DNA of 64,000 nt from Octopus vulgaris (lineage: Eukaryota). The notes beneath the pieces were generated by a model. That model was not told where the DNA came from, made no database searches, and saw only the letters and a program-made list of their open reading frames with translations. The stretch is from positions 17,608,001 through 17,672,000 of the forward strand of contig OX597827.1 in the NCBI GenBank assembly GCA_951406725.2. Reading direction: 5' to 3'. Positions 41,493 to 55,367 of the stretch are shown here, piece by piece (within the stretch, counting starts at the first letter, position 1; each line of letters opens with the position of its first letter). A program made the position numbers and the translations under genes.

Positions 41493-41904
41493 CAGATGCA
41501 CACACACTGTCATTTCCATATATTTACTTCTGCTTTTATCTCCAAACTCTACATGCACATCTGCAAAACCCATATACATACATAATTATATACATAACAC
41601 ACATGTACATACCAACTACTCCTCTCGTTTTATTTCGTTAGGTGAAATCAATGTTTTTCCGCGCATACATTCCTTATAATTTTCTAAGTTTTGTTTCTTA
41701 CTAATGTGTATTTATTTCAATATAACTTTAATGCGAGAATATTTTAACTGCACTTTCTAGCAAATAACGCATCAGCATCATTTCATTATTAAAGGCATAT
41801 TCAGGTTATAATAAATATTACATAATATATGTAAACAACAGAACTAACGTATTATTTTAAATAATCAACTTAGTTTAAAATTCATGTTTGAGTAAATAAA
41901 AATA

Positions 41905-42345
41905 CATCGTGAAATATATATTTCCACCTAAATGTAGCTAACCCTTAAGGGTGGAAGCTACTGTAGTTTGTAGCCCCAGGAAGACTTCTCCTCTAGCTGG
42001 CTGTTAACACAATTTCTGCGCCCTATCAGTATTTGCAAAGGAAAGTCATCCTTCCCATCTTCAGCCTGACGTGATACACACGGACCCGGCTTTCTGGATA
42101 TTGACCCATCATCAGCGTGTGTCAACCACCGGCTGGCGATGTGATTCCCCATGCAAATATATGTATATTTTTTCCAGTGACGAAAAGTCACTGATCTCGA
42201 AAACGTGGAAAAAAAAGCAATAATAAACCTCTGAGCGAGGTATACACAGTAGCTGCACGACATCGTGAAATATATTTGCTGTCTAAATGTGGCTAACCCT
42301 TAAGGGTTGATGCTACTGTTGCTTGTAGCCCAAGAAAGACATTTC
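41905..42345. repeat. two diverged ~85-bp direct repeats flanking a ~270-bp core
   Basis: CATCGTGAAATATAT..CTAAATGT.GCTAACCCTTAAGGGT.GA.GCTACTGT..TTGTAGCCC at about 41905 and 42261. Confidence 0.7.
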
Positions 42346-42836
42346 GTATAACCACCCAAGTTGTATTGAACTATATATGGTCCGTGAGTGACGTGCATTG
42401 TCTCTTGCAACTTTTGGAAAATGATGCAATATGTCTCCTATAGCGATTCTTTTACCATTTGATCCAACAGCTCATCCTTAATAGAGCAGTCGGCGGCGGG
42501 GAGAGAGAGCTGCACTAGCAATGGAATGGTGTCATTTTCTGGTAATTAAAGTAGGCTAACGTAGAATTAATCGCTTTGCTTAATGAAAGCACGCTTTACT
42601 CGAAACAGGAATTGAATTCATGATATTATGATCGTCAAACGAACACACCTAACCACTAGGCCACACGTCTTTACTCCACACACAGGCACACACACACATA
42701 CACACACACAAACACGTATAAACATACACACACACAAACACGTATAAACATACATACATTCCTACATACATGCATAAATGTATATACACAAATGTACAAA
42801 TATGTATGCATGTATGTATATGCATTATTGTGCTTT

Positions 42837-42867
<31 letters not shown>

Positions 42868-43026
42868 GTATATATATATGCTTATTTGGAGATGGATGCG
42901 TGGCATTCAATCATATAATAATATAAATAATATATATATATATACATACATGCATACATACATACATACATACATACATACATACATACATACATACATA
43001 CATACATACATACATACATACATACA

Positions 43027-43059
<33 letters not shown>

Positions 43060-43269
43060 GTACAGACATACATATATATGTAAGTACATATGCATGTATG
43101 TATATATATGTTATTGTTCGATTTTATTTCAAGATTTCTTGCCAGTAGAAAAAGAGACAGTTTCTAACCTAGATCCAAGACGCCTTCATTCGAATTTCAA
43201 CATCAACAATAGTGTATTTTGTTTGTTTGTATATATGGAAGTATGTATATATTTGTGTATGTTTGTATG

Positions 43270-43303
<34 letters not shown>

Positions 43304-44169
43304 TTTATCCATGTATGTATGTATGCGTGCAGATTTGTACGTTTTGCTTTATGTATGTATTCTCATGCATATACTTACATATCTAGACATGCTCATATAT
43401 ATACTCAAATGATAAACTTCTGGAAAGTTTTGCATATTTTTACATTTCTAGGGATGTACTGGATCTCTAGGCTTCGAATCAGCCTTCTCCTTTCTGGTTT
43501 TGAGAAGGCTAATTTCTGAAGATTGGTATTTAGGCATATTGGTATGTGTGTATATATGTATGTATGTGAGTATTATGTACATGTGAGTGCGTGTGCGTAT
43601 GTGTCTGTATGCAAGTGTATGTGTCCTTTCGTGCCGGTAATTATCTATATGTTTTCTTCGTTTTAGTCATATCTGTTCTACGGACTGTTTTCTTCATCTT
43701 TGATGTATTATTCACACAAAGCCTCCACAATTTTTCTTTCATGGCTCCGTGGAACAGGACAATATGAAGCCGAAAGAAAATCAAAATTGTTATTAGAAAT
43801 ATTGGCAGCGGTTACATCACATCAGATTGGTTTATAGATAACATGTCACGAGATATAAAGAATTATGCTGGAAAAACAAAATCTAAACTGACTTAGAAGG
43901 GACCGTATCAAGAATATGAATACGAAACAAACCTTATATTCATATGAATATATGTATGTATATATGTATGTATGTACGTATGCATGTAAGCATCATACAT
44001 GTATAGACATATCTACATATATATGTATGTATGTATATATATATATATATATATATGTACATATTCCTATGTATGTATGTCGGTAGGCATTTATAAATGA
44101 ATGTATATACATACATATATATATATATATATACATACATATATATATATATTGTATGTTATATACACA

Positions 44170-44232
<63 letters not shown>

Positions 44233-44289
44233 ATAATATATATGTATATGTATGTATGTATATATGTATGTATAAGACACACACACATG

Positions 44290-44320
<31 letters not shown>

Positions 44321-44783
44321 ATATTTAGTGAGGGAGAGGCAGTGTGAGGGAGAGCAAGAAATAACAGGAATCTTCAATGAATTCATCTAACATGTCATAT
44401 ATTAGACGGGGACAACTATGTAGATTCATACCTTATAAATCAAATCTAAGACATGTTATCTCTGTATATATATCTCTTTGCATACCATACACACACATAT
44501 GAATATCAATTCATATGTATGTATATATATATATATATATACATGTATATATATATATATATATGCATTTATATATGTGTGTGTGTGTGTGTTATATACA
44601 TATATACATGCAATTATATATATATTGTATATATATTATATATACATATTATATATATATATATATCCGTAAATATAGAAAGTTGCACAAAAGTAAAACT
44701 ATCTAATACGTAGCATACATAAGTTATTATGTCACGTTATTATGTGTGAACATGCAAGATGATATATACATATATATATATAC

Positions 44784-44835
<52 letters not shown>

Positions 44836-45064
44836 TATATATATACATATAGCACACATATAACACACATATATATGTGTTTGTCTGTTTGTATGTGTGC
44901 ATGGATATAAGATTTTGTTTATATATATGAGTGAGTAAATATGGATATTTATGTATGTATATCATATTTATGTAATATACATCAGAATGACAAGAACATA
45001 CCCACAATGAATATAAATAAGGAGCCTAAAACAAATTTAATACCAAAACCCACATCAAAAACCA

Positions 45065-45093
45065 TAACAGTAGTAGTAGTAGTAGTAATAATG

Positions 45094-45181
<88 letters not shown>

Positions 45182-45187
45182 TAATAA
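45065..45187. repeat. (GTA)n/(ATA)n trinucleotide microsatellite
   Basis: Directly visible. Confidence 0.95.
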
Positions 45188-45629
45188 ACCTAAGATGAGA
45201 GTGTCTGTGTACAGTAAGAAATAAAACATAAAACAATAATATATTCAGATAAAATCAGAGATGAATCAATGGGGAAATTGATGGTGTTTTAAAAGTAAAA
45301 AAATATGCTACCAAACTTTAAAGGGAAATATATAAACATACTACGCAGCGGAAATGTCTGAAACAAGAATATAAATTAAAACAGCAGATACATGTGATTA
45401 TTCCAATGATTTTGAGAGAAGCAAATGGAAACCTTTAAGAACACATTGAGATAGTTACACTCCACCCCATATTTTGCACGAGCGGCCATCCTGAGGTGGC
45501 TACATGTCATTGAAAGTAGAGGTAAATCTAACATGAATATCATAGAATTACCTCCAATTCTGAAAAAATGAATATAGAATAAACGTAATACATATGAATA
45601 AAGAAAGAAAAATTAATAAGTATTTTGTA

Positions 45630-46550
45630 CTATAGGCAAAAGACCCGAAATTTTGTGCGGAGGTACTAGTCGGTTACATCAACTGGTAATTATTTTATCG
45701 AGTTCGAAAGAATGAATGGCAAAGTCAACCACGGTGGAATTTGAATTCAAAACGCCAGTCCGGATGAAATACCTATTTCTTTACTACCCACAAGGGGCTA
45801 AACACAGAGGGGACAAACAAGGACAGACATAGGTATTAAGTCGATAACATCTACCCCAGTGCGTAACTGGTATTTAATTTATCGACTCCGAAAGGATGAA
45901 AGGCAAAGTCGACCTCAGCGGAATTTGAACTCACAATGTAACGGCAGACGAAATATCTATTTCTTTACTACCCACAAGGGGATAAACACAGAGAGGACAA
46001 ACAAGGACGGACAAACGGATTAAGTCGATTATATCGACCCCAGTGCGTAACTGGTACTTATTTAATCGACCCCGAAAGGATGAAAGGCAAAGTCGACCTC
46101 GGCGGAATTCGAACTCAGAACGTAGCGGCAGACGAAATACCTATTTCTTTACTACCCACAAGGGGCTAAACACAGAGGGGACAAACAAGGACAGACATAG
46201 GTATTAAGTCGGTTATATCGACCCCAGTGCGTAACTGGTTCTTAATTTATCGACCCCGAAAGGATGAAAGGCAAAGTCGACCTCGGCGGAATTTGAACTC
46301 ACAACGTAACGGCAGACGAAATACCTATTTCTTTACTAACCAAAAAGGGGCTAAACACAGAGAGGACAAACAAGGACGGACAAACGGATTAAGTCGATTA
46401 TATCGACCCCAGTGCGTAACTGGTACTTATTTAATCGACCCCGAATGGATGAAAGCCAAAGTCGACCTCGGCGGAATTCGAACTCAGAACGTAACGGCAG
46501 GCGAAATAGCGCTAAGCATTTTGTCTGGTGCAGTAAGTATTCTGCCTGTT
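45630..46550 (-). mobile_element. SINE B concatemer: four 184-bp units in ABAB order
   Basis: Unit starts at about 45771, 45955, 46139 and 46323, with alternating diagnostic variants. Confidence 0.9.
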
Positions 46551-47666
46551 CACTATCCTTAAATAAAACAGTAATAGCAATTAAAAGCTGAGTAAAAGAG
46601 ACTCCCTGTGGGTATTACTTGTTAAAATGGAAATGAAATTATTAAAATGAAACCTTGCGTATAGTCATTTTAACATGACCTTGTATGTAGAAATACGTAG
46701 AAATGGTTATTTACACAGTTTCATCCGTAAATTCTTCGTCTACTTTTTAAAAAGTGGTCCACTCATTATTTGTTCGCATGCATTGTTTTTGTCAGTGGTT
46801 TTCAAAACTGATATATATTTTTATTATATTTTTATTAGGGTATCTATTATATTTATTTTTTGTTTTGGTATATGAATGGTAGAGAGAATAATAGAAATAT
46901 GAAAATAAAACAAAAATATTTTTAAAAAAAACAAACAATCATTGCAATGAAATAAAGGCTATAAGGTTATAACAACATTGATTTTAATTGGGAAATCGGA
47001 AAACAGAAAAACAAATAATGTTAAAGTTTTTGGAGAATTGTGTACCGAACAACATACGCGTTCTGATCGAATGTCAAGTACTGCAGTGCATTGACGGAAT
47101 TCTATAAATCTTTATATCACATACACAGACACAAACACACACACATACACACACGTATACATGCACACACACATACACACTCACACGTATACATACACAG
47201 ACATATACACACACTCACACACTAAATCAAAAGGTGAAAGCTAGAAGTACTTTATTTAGAAAACAGATAGTAATGCTCAAATGATTTGAATTTAAACAGC
47301 GAAAACTTAATCGAATACTAGACCCAAGGGCTATAGGGTGCTTTTAAGGGAAATGTTACAGAATCTCCCAAAACTAGACACCAGTATCTAAGCGTAACCT
47401 AAGCTCAATGAGGTTATCTATATAGAGAACCACTATTAATGTAAGTAATCTCTACAGACCATCAATCCAAAAACGCTCCACGAAAATGAAATAACACAGA
47501 ATAAAGAGATTAAAGGAAAAAATTTCACAGACAAGCGTACTGAATATTATTCCCCTCATCAGCTGCCAAACGAATATCACTATGGTTTCGACACCTGGAG
47601 AGTACCACTGAATCCGGCAGTGTTCACAGTGTTAAAAACATAACCGCTGCCTAGTAATGGATTGTA

Positions 47667-47968
47667 GTTTGTTCCTTCTCGAGCATTGCCTGGCTCATAA
47701 GGGCCAGTTTCCCGGTTTCTTGGCGTATAAGTTCCCCACCTGGACGGGACACCGGTCCATCACAGGTGAGCTGCAAGATGCCGGAGGAAGGAGTGAGAGA
47801 AATTTGGGGCGGAAGAGTCATCAGAAGTTTCGCCATTACCTTCTGCCGAAACTGCGTGGAGCTTGGGTGTTTCGCTCATAAACACACACATCATCCGGTC
47901 TGAGATTCGAACTCGTGATCCCTCGACCGCGAGTCCGCTGCTCTAACCACTTGGCCATGTGCTTCCAC
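47667..47968 (-). mobile_element. SINE family C, tail type 3
   Basis: TSD GTAATGGAT (47654-47662 / 47971-47979). Confidence 0.88.
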
Positions 47969-48206
47969 AGGTAATGGATAGTAATCAGCAGTGGCTAAAT
48001 ATTAGCGTAGCAGGCCCATTACGTCAACACTTGCTTGTTACTAAATGCAACAGCCCCAAATCAAACAATTAGCATTAACTCAATAGCTACAAAACAGTGC
48101 CTGTAAAACAAGGACCTTGCTCTCAGAAAGGGATACTGTGACCCTAAAACCGTAATACAAAGGAAAAGGCGATCTTAACAACAACCGAAAGAACAGCAAA
48201 CCCAAA

Positions 48207-48295
<89 letters not shown>

Positions 48296-48307
48296 GAGAG
48301 AGATTAC

Positions 48308-48612
48308 GGAGGCGCAATGGCCCAGTGGTTAGGGCAACGGACTCGCGGTCGTAAGATCGCGGTTTCGATTCCCAGACCGGGCGTTGTGAGTGTTTATTGA
48401 GCGAAAACACCTAAAATCTCCACGAGGCTCTGGCAGGGGGGGGGGATCCCTACTGTACTCTTTCACGACAATTTTCTCTCACTCTTTTTTCTGTTGGCCT
48501 GCTCGCTTAACCAGCGGGGTGGCGTCATTTGAAGGCTAAAACAATGCGAAGCGCATTGTGACCAGCGATGTTAGCAACATCTGATAGCCTGGTCGGTCAC
48601 GTGATCACGTGA
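48308..48612 (+). mobile_element. SINE family C, tail type 2
   Basis: TSD GAGAGAGATTACG (48296-48308 / 48625-48637). Confidence 0.88.
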
Positions 48613-49267
48613 TATATATATAGAGAGAGAGATTACGCAACGAACATACTATATAAGATACGTTGTTTCTCAATTTAAATTATATCACAAACATGAAACC
48701 ACACAGAAAACAAACCTAATAAAAATTAGCGGAACAGTAAGTCTCACAAACAGTGTCCTCCTACAATATACAAGTAAAAACACAATTATAGCTCTATTTA
48801 CACATATGTTCAATATTATAAAATAAATTAAACCAATAAATTACTGTCTAAAAGAAAACAATAAAAAGTTCAAAAGTTAAAACAGATTTTAAATTAATTT
48901 GAATTAAAAATTATATATAAATATAATAAATATATATATATAACAATAAAGACAAGGCAAAAACTACCTAATTAAAACAAATTTTAATTTATCAAACTTC
49001 CTAACGACAATGAGATTATACACACACACATACACACAAATACACATATACATAAATATATACTGGTTTGGTGATGCAATTAGGAGAATAGAACTCCAAA
49101 CATGAGTATGTATACGTTGTTTATCAACGATCAGTAGAAGTGCCGTGTAATTCAAGGGCGAAGATCTTCGTGCATGGCGACCTATGATATGACTTGCCCG
49201 TTAAGCCATTGATTAAATATATAAATATGGGAAAACCATTTGAAAATTATGCACTATCCACGTGACA

Positions 49268-49470
49268 TACACTTTTACTATTTTACTTGTTTCAGTCATG
49301 TGACTATTGCCGTGCTGGAGCACCGCCTTTAGTCGAGCAAATCGACCCCAGGACTTATTCTTTGTAAGCCTAGTACTTATTCTTTCGGTCTCTTTTGCCG
49401 AACCGCTAAGTTACGGGGACGTAAAGATACCAGCATCGGTTATCGAGCGATGCTGGGGGGATAAACACAG
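49268..49470 (-). mobile_element. SINE A 3' half
   Basis: Tail present; head replaced by the fold-back structure. Confidence 0.85.
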
Positions 49471-49482
49471 ACACACAAACAT

Positions 49483-49540
<58 letters not shown>

Positions 49541-49543
<3 letters not shown>

Positions 49544-49815
49544 TAAATAGTTAGATAGATATGTTTCTTTATTAGCCACACAGGGCTGCACACAGATAGA
49601 ACAAATTACAAGGTAGAGCTTTTCTTTTGGGGGTAAAAGGGAGTGGTGGTTTTCGATCAAAAGGGATCGTAAAAGGAAAGAAACGATCCCTTTTGATCGA
49701 AAACCACCACTCCCTTTTTTTTACCCCCAAAAGAAAAGCTCTACCTTGTAATTTGTTATATCTGTGTGCAGTCCTGTGTGGCTAATAAAGAAACATATCT
49801 ATCTAACTATTTATC

Positions 49816-49816
<1 letters not shown>
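49541..49816. repeat. fold-back inverted duplication of a LINE D 3' end plus its flank
   Basis: Arms 49541-49670 and 49683-49816 with a 12-nt purine spacer. Confidence 0.92.
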
Positions 49817-49865
<49 letters not shown>

Positions 49866-49867
49866 TG

Positions 49868-49944
<77 letters not shown>

Positions 49945-50075
49945 TATTATTTAAAATTATAATTTAGGATATCTAAGAGATACCACCATGCTGGAAATAG
50001 CAGTCAAAACTTGACTCTAAAACCACATTATTGTTCCATTCGTGTTTTCTGTTAAGACTCAGTCTAACTATTACT

Positions 50076-50143
50076 ATGTGTCTAAATATCGTGTCTGTTC
50101 TTACAGTGTAATGTGTCTAAATATCGTGTCTGTTCTTACAGTG
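50076..50143. repeat. 33-bp tandem duplication (period 35)
   Basis: ATGTGTCTAAATATCGTGTCTGTTCTTACAGTG twice. Confidence 0.9.
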
Positions 50144-50547
50144 CCTTATTTTAAAAAATGACTGCCAAATTAGAAGTGACTGTTGTTGACGGTGATGTTA
50201 ATAAAGCTAATGGATGTGTTGGTGGGCAAAAGGAGCGATTAAATGCGGTAATAACGATTGCAGTGGAAATGATGTTAATGATGGTGGTGAGGAACATGAT
50301 TTTGCTAATGGCGGGAACAATGGTCGGGGTATCTTTCGTGGTGATGAAGATGGTGGTGGTGATATCTCTAGGCTGGATGTGAGAGCACGAAGGCCAATTC
50401 AATTGTCCATAAGGATTAAGGAGCCAAAAAAATAAGAACAAAAAATTCAAAACCAACACGCAGACACATCCACAAACACGAAAATACATTCGTAAACGTG
50501 CATGCATATATTTATATAGACACGAACACAAAGATACACATACATCC

Positions 50548-50588
<41 letters not shown>

Positions 50589-50723
50589 TGTATACAAATC
50601 AATTAGGTTACCGAAACACCAGCTTGCTAGAAATAGAGGTCAACACTCCAAAGCGACGAATTACTATAGAGAAAGACGCACGGCAGATGCAACGAATACA
50701 ATAAAAATAGGCATTAACCTTTC

Positions 50724-50975
50724 TGCGTTGTGTCCTTGAGCAAGACACTTTAGCTCACTTTGCTCCAGTCCATTCAGCTGGCAAAAATGAGTAGTATCTG
50801 TATTTCAAAGGGCCAGCCTTGTCACACTCTGTGTCGCGTTGAATCTCCCTGAGAACTACGTTATGGGTACGCTTGTCTGTAAAATACTCTGTCACTTGCA
50901 CATTAATTTCACGAGTAGGCTGTTCCGTTGATCAGACCAACTGGAACCCTCGTCGTCGTAACCGACGGAGTGCCA
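50724..50975 (+). mobile_element. CORE-type SINE family E, head missing
   Basis: GTGTCCTTGAGCAAGACACTT core plus the C-type-1 tail. Confidence 0.8.
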
Positions 50976-51103
50976 TAGGTGCGCTGAAAAGAATTTGAAG
51001 TCCGCCGGCAAAGCTTTTAAAGTCACCACACTAGATTGAGGAATGAATCTGGTTGTGACTAGATTCACATGTTGAGTAAATAGAAATTATTTTACATTGT
51101 AAA

Positions 51104-53260
51104 AGGCGGCGACCTAGCTGAACCATCAGCACACCGGACAAAAACGCTTAGTGGCATTTCGTCCGCCTTTACGTTCCGAGTTCAAATCCCATTGAGGTCG
51201 ACTTTGCATTTCATCTTAACGGGGTCGATCAGATAAGTACAGTTTCAGTAATAGGGTCAGTGTAATTGACTTACCCTGCCCCTGGATTTGCTTGCCCTTG
51301 TGCCAAAATTTGAAATCATTATGATTATAATTAAAATATTCGGTTAGGCGGCGTGCTGGCAGAGTCGTTAGCACACCGGGCGAAATACTTAACGGCATGC
51401 GGTATTTCGTCTGCCACTACTACGTTCCGAGTTCAAATACCACCGATGTCGACTTTGCCTTTCATCCTTTCTGGGTCGATAAATTAAGTACCATTCAAGA
51501 ACTAGGGTCGATGTAATCGACTATCACCACCGCCAAATTTCAGGCATTGTGCCTATAATAGAAAGGAATAATCATTATAATTAAAAGAATCAGTTAGGCG
51601 GCGAGCTGGCAAAAACGTTAGCACGCCGGGCGAAATACTTAGCGATATTTCGTCTGCTGCTACGTTCTGAGTTCAAATTCCGCCGAGGTCGACTTTGTTT
51701 TTCATCCTACAAAGGAGCGATAGATAAATTACCAGTGAAACACTGGGGTCGAAGTAATCGACACATCCCCTCTCCAAAAATGCCCCCCCCCCCCCCAACG
51801 TGGCAAAGTTTGAAACCATTGTTATAACTTTTTTAAAAATCGGTTAGGCGACGAGCTGGCAGAAACGTTAGCGTGCCGGGCGAAATGCTTAACGGTATTT
51901 CGTCTGCCGTTACGTTCTGAGTTCAAATTCCGCCGAGGTCGACTTTGCCTTTCATCCTTCCGGGGTCGATAAATTAATTACCAGTTACGCACTGGGGTCG
52001 ATATAATTGACTTAATCCGTTTGTCTGTTCTTGTTTGTCCTCTCTGTGTTTAGCCCCTTGTGGGTAGTAAAGAAATAGGTATTTCGCCTGGCGTTATGTT
52101 CTGATTTCAAATTCCGCGGAGGTCGACTTTGCTTTTCATCCCTTCGGGGTCAATGAATTAAGTACCAGTTACGCACTGTGGTTGATGTAATCGACTTAAT
52201 ATGTTTGTCTGTCCTTGTTTTTCCCCTCTCTGTTTAGCCCCTTGTGGGTAGTAAAGAAATAAGTATTTCGTTTGCTGCTGCGTTATGAGTTCAAATTCTG
52301 CCGAGGTCGACTTTGCCTTTCATCCTACCAGGAGCGATAAATAGATTACCAGTAAAATACTGGGTTCAATGTAATCGACACATCCCCCCTCCCAAAATGG
52401 CTCCCCCAAAGTGACAAAATTTGAAACCATTATAATTATAACTAAAAGAATCGGTTAGGTGGCGGGTGGAATGCTTTGCGGTATTTCATCATCCGCCACG
52501 TTCTGAGGTTGACTTTGCCTTTCATCCTACCAGGAGCGATAAATAAATTACCAGTGAAATACTGGGGTCGATGTAATCGACACATTCCCTCTCCCAAAAT
52601 GGCTCCCCCAAAGTGGCAAAATTTGAAACCATTATAATTATAACTAAAAGAATCGGTTAGGTGGCGGGTGGAATGCTTTGCGGTATTTCATCATCCGCCA
52701 CGTTCTGAGGTTGACTTTGCCTTTCATCCTACCAGGAGCGATAAATAAATTACCAGTGAAATACTGGGGTCGATGTAATCGACACATTCCCTCTCCCAAA
52801 ATGGCTCCCCCAAAGTGGCAAAATTTGAAACCATTATAATTATAACTAAAAGAATCGGTTAGGTGGCGGGTGGAATGCTTAGCGGTGTTTCATCATCCAC
52901 CACGTTCTGAGGTTGACTTTGCCTTTCATCCTAGCGGAAGCGATAAATTACGTGCCAGTCAGATACTGAATTTGATGTAATCGACTGTCCTGCTCCCCAT
53001 AAATTCCAGGCCTTGTGCTTATAGTAAAAAGGATAATTCAAAGAATAGGTGAAATAGCAGAATCGTTAGCACGCCGGGCGAAATGCTTCGCGGCATTTCC
53101 TCCGTCTTTACGTTCCGAGTCTTAAATTCCACCGAGGTCGACTTTGCTTTTCACCCTGTTGGGGCTGATAAATAAGTACCAGTTTATTCCTAGGGTCAGT
53201 GTAATTGACTCACCCCTTCCCCTGAAATTGCTAACCTTGTGCCAAAATTTGAAATCAATA
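51104..53260 (+). repeat. tandem array of SINE B units including a 202-bp-period triplication
   Basis: About ten head-to-tail units; GACTTTGCC recurs at 52309, 52511, 52713 and 52915. Confidence 0.9.
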
Positions 53261-53522
53261 TTCAGGTCCAGCTAATTACAATACAAACGTGTCCCATGTC
53301 ATATAGCCATGTGCGAAAACTGATAACTTTATAAGTAAACAAGATATCATATATTATCACTTAGTTACACTGAACACTTTCTAGTTATCACATTATCAGA
53401 TATCATAACACCCTATCGAATTTTACCGAATTTAATTCCGATTAATGGTCAACGTGATACTCACCTTGATTATTACAATGAAATTCAACACTTTATCATG
53501 AACAACGTAACATATATAACAG

Positions 53523-53577
<55 letters not shown>

Positions 53578-53757
53578 ATATGTATGGATATATATATATA
53601 TCATATTTAAGATTTCCTTATAGCTAACATGATATCACATGATAATACAAGGCTGGTTATTAGGTGTCATTTCAGGGCGATATCTCGCCCGGAGAAAACA
53701 CCCACTTAAAAAATATATAAGAAACGTCCATAGATAAATTTTGTATAGATTTTATAA

Positions 53758-53854
53758 GGCGCAGGAGTGGCTGTGTGGTAAGTAGCTTGGTTACCAACCA
53801 CATGCTTCCGGGTTCAATCCCACTGTGTTTCACCTCGGGCAAGTGTCTTCTACA

Positions 53855-53904
<50 letters not shown>

Positions 53905-54057
53905 ATATACATATGTATATATATATATATATATATGTGCATATATGTATATATATATGTATATATATATATATGTATGTATATATATATATGCATATAT
54001 ATATATATATATATGTATGTATATATATATATATATGCATATATATATATATCTATG

Positions 54058-54090
<33 letters not shown>

Positions 54091-54265
54091 GTGTGCTTCT
54101 GTGTTTGTTTCCCAGCTCCCATCACTTGACAACTGATGCCGCTGTGCTTATGTTCCAGCAACTTGACGTTTGAGGCAACAGAGACCGGTAGAATTTCTGG
54201 AGTCGATTTCTTCGAATAAAATCCTTTAAAGTGGTGCTCCAGCATGGCCACATTCAAATGACAAA
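53758..54265 (+). mobile_element. degenerate SINE A with expanded internal microsatellite
   Basis: Head at 53758-53853 and tail at 54110-54265. Confidence 0.75.
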
Positions 54266-54325
54266 CACACACACAAATATAATTCCACATACACACAAAT
54301 AAGTATGGATATAGGGTGATCTTTA

Positions 54326-54746
54326 TACTCTTTACTCTCTTTACTCTTTTACTTGTTTCAGTCATTTGACTGCGGCCATGCTGGAGCACCGCCTTTAATC
54401 GAGCAACTCGACCCCGGGACTTATTCTTTTGGTAAGCCCAGTACTTATTCTATCGGTGTCTTTTGCCGAACCGCTAAGTGACGGGGACGTAAACACACCA
54501 GCATCGGTTGTTGAGCCATGCTAGGGGGACAAACACAGACACACAAACATATACACACACACTTATATATATATACGTATATACGACGGGCTTCTTTCAG
54601 TTTCCGTCTACCAAATCCACTCACAAGGCATTGGTCGGCCCGGGGCTATAGCAGAAGACACTTGCCCAAGATGCCACGCAGTGGGACTGAACCCAGAACC
54701 ATGTGGTTGGTTAGCAAGCTACTTACCACACAGCCACTCCTGCGCC
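54326..54746 (-). mobile_element. SINE family A
   Basis: Full-length reverse complement. Confidence 0.92.
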
Positions 54747-55021
54747 TATATATGTGTCGGTATTGGAACTGGTGTTTTTTGCATCTATTGTCTCCTGCTA
54801 TGTCCCCAAGCTTATTGGTACGCACGGACAAAAGTTGAGTAATGTAATAAATGCCTAATTGAATTATTTACTGGAATCGATGTAATCAACTGATTCCCTG
54901 AAGTCGGAAAATGAAGCCAAGTCGCAATCCCATTTACCTCATTTAATACTGTGTCTAGGGTTCGAGAGAAAAAGTATATATGCGTTATATATGTGTGTGT
55001 GTGTGTGTGTATGTGTACAGT

Positions 55022-55086
<65 letters not shown>

Positions 55087-55124
55087 CGCATATATAAACA
55101 CGTACATATATATACATACATATA

Positions 55125-55163
<39 letters not shown>

Positions 55164-55231
55164 ATACATACATATATACATCGATATATATATATGTATA
55201 CCTATATAGATGTGTACATATATATATGTAC

Positions 55232-55271
<40 letters not shown>

Positions 55272-55289
55272 ACCTATATACATGTGTAC

Positions 55290-55320
<31 letters not shown>

Positions 55321-55322
55321 CG

Positions 55323-55367
<45 letters not shown>

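Noticed and set aside
50158-50435. Met/Val- or Gly/Asp/Asn-rich ORFs
   Set aside because: Decayed (GAT/GGT)n trinucleotide tract.
45770-53260. Regularly spaced repeats as a CRISPR-like array
   Set aside because: Units are contiguous SINE sequence without unique spacers; eukaryotic context and no cas genes.
53663-53702. Hairpin GGGCGA-TATC-TCGCCC with outer GGTGT/ACACC
   Set aside because: Single occurrence, with no ribozyme core or Helitron CTAG context.
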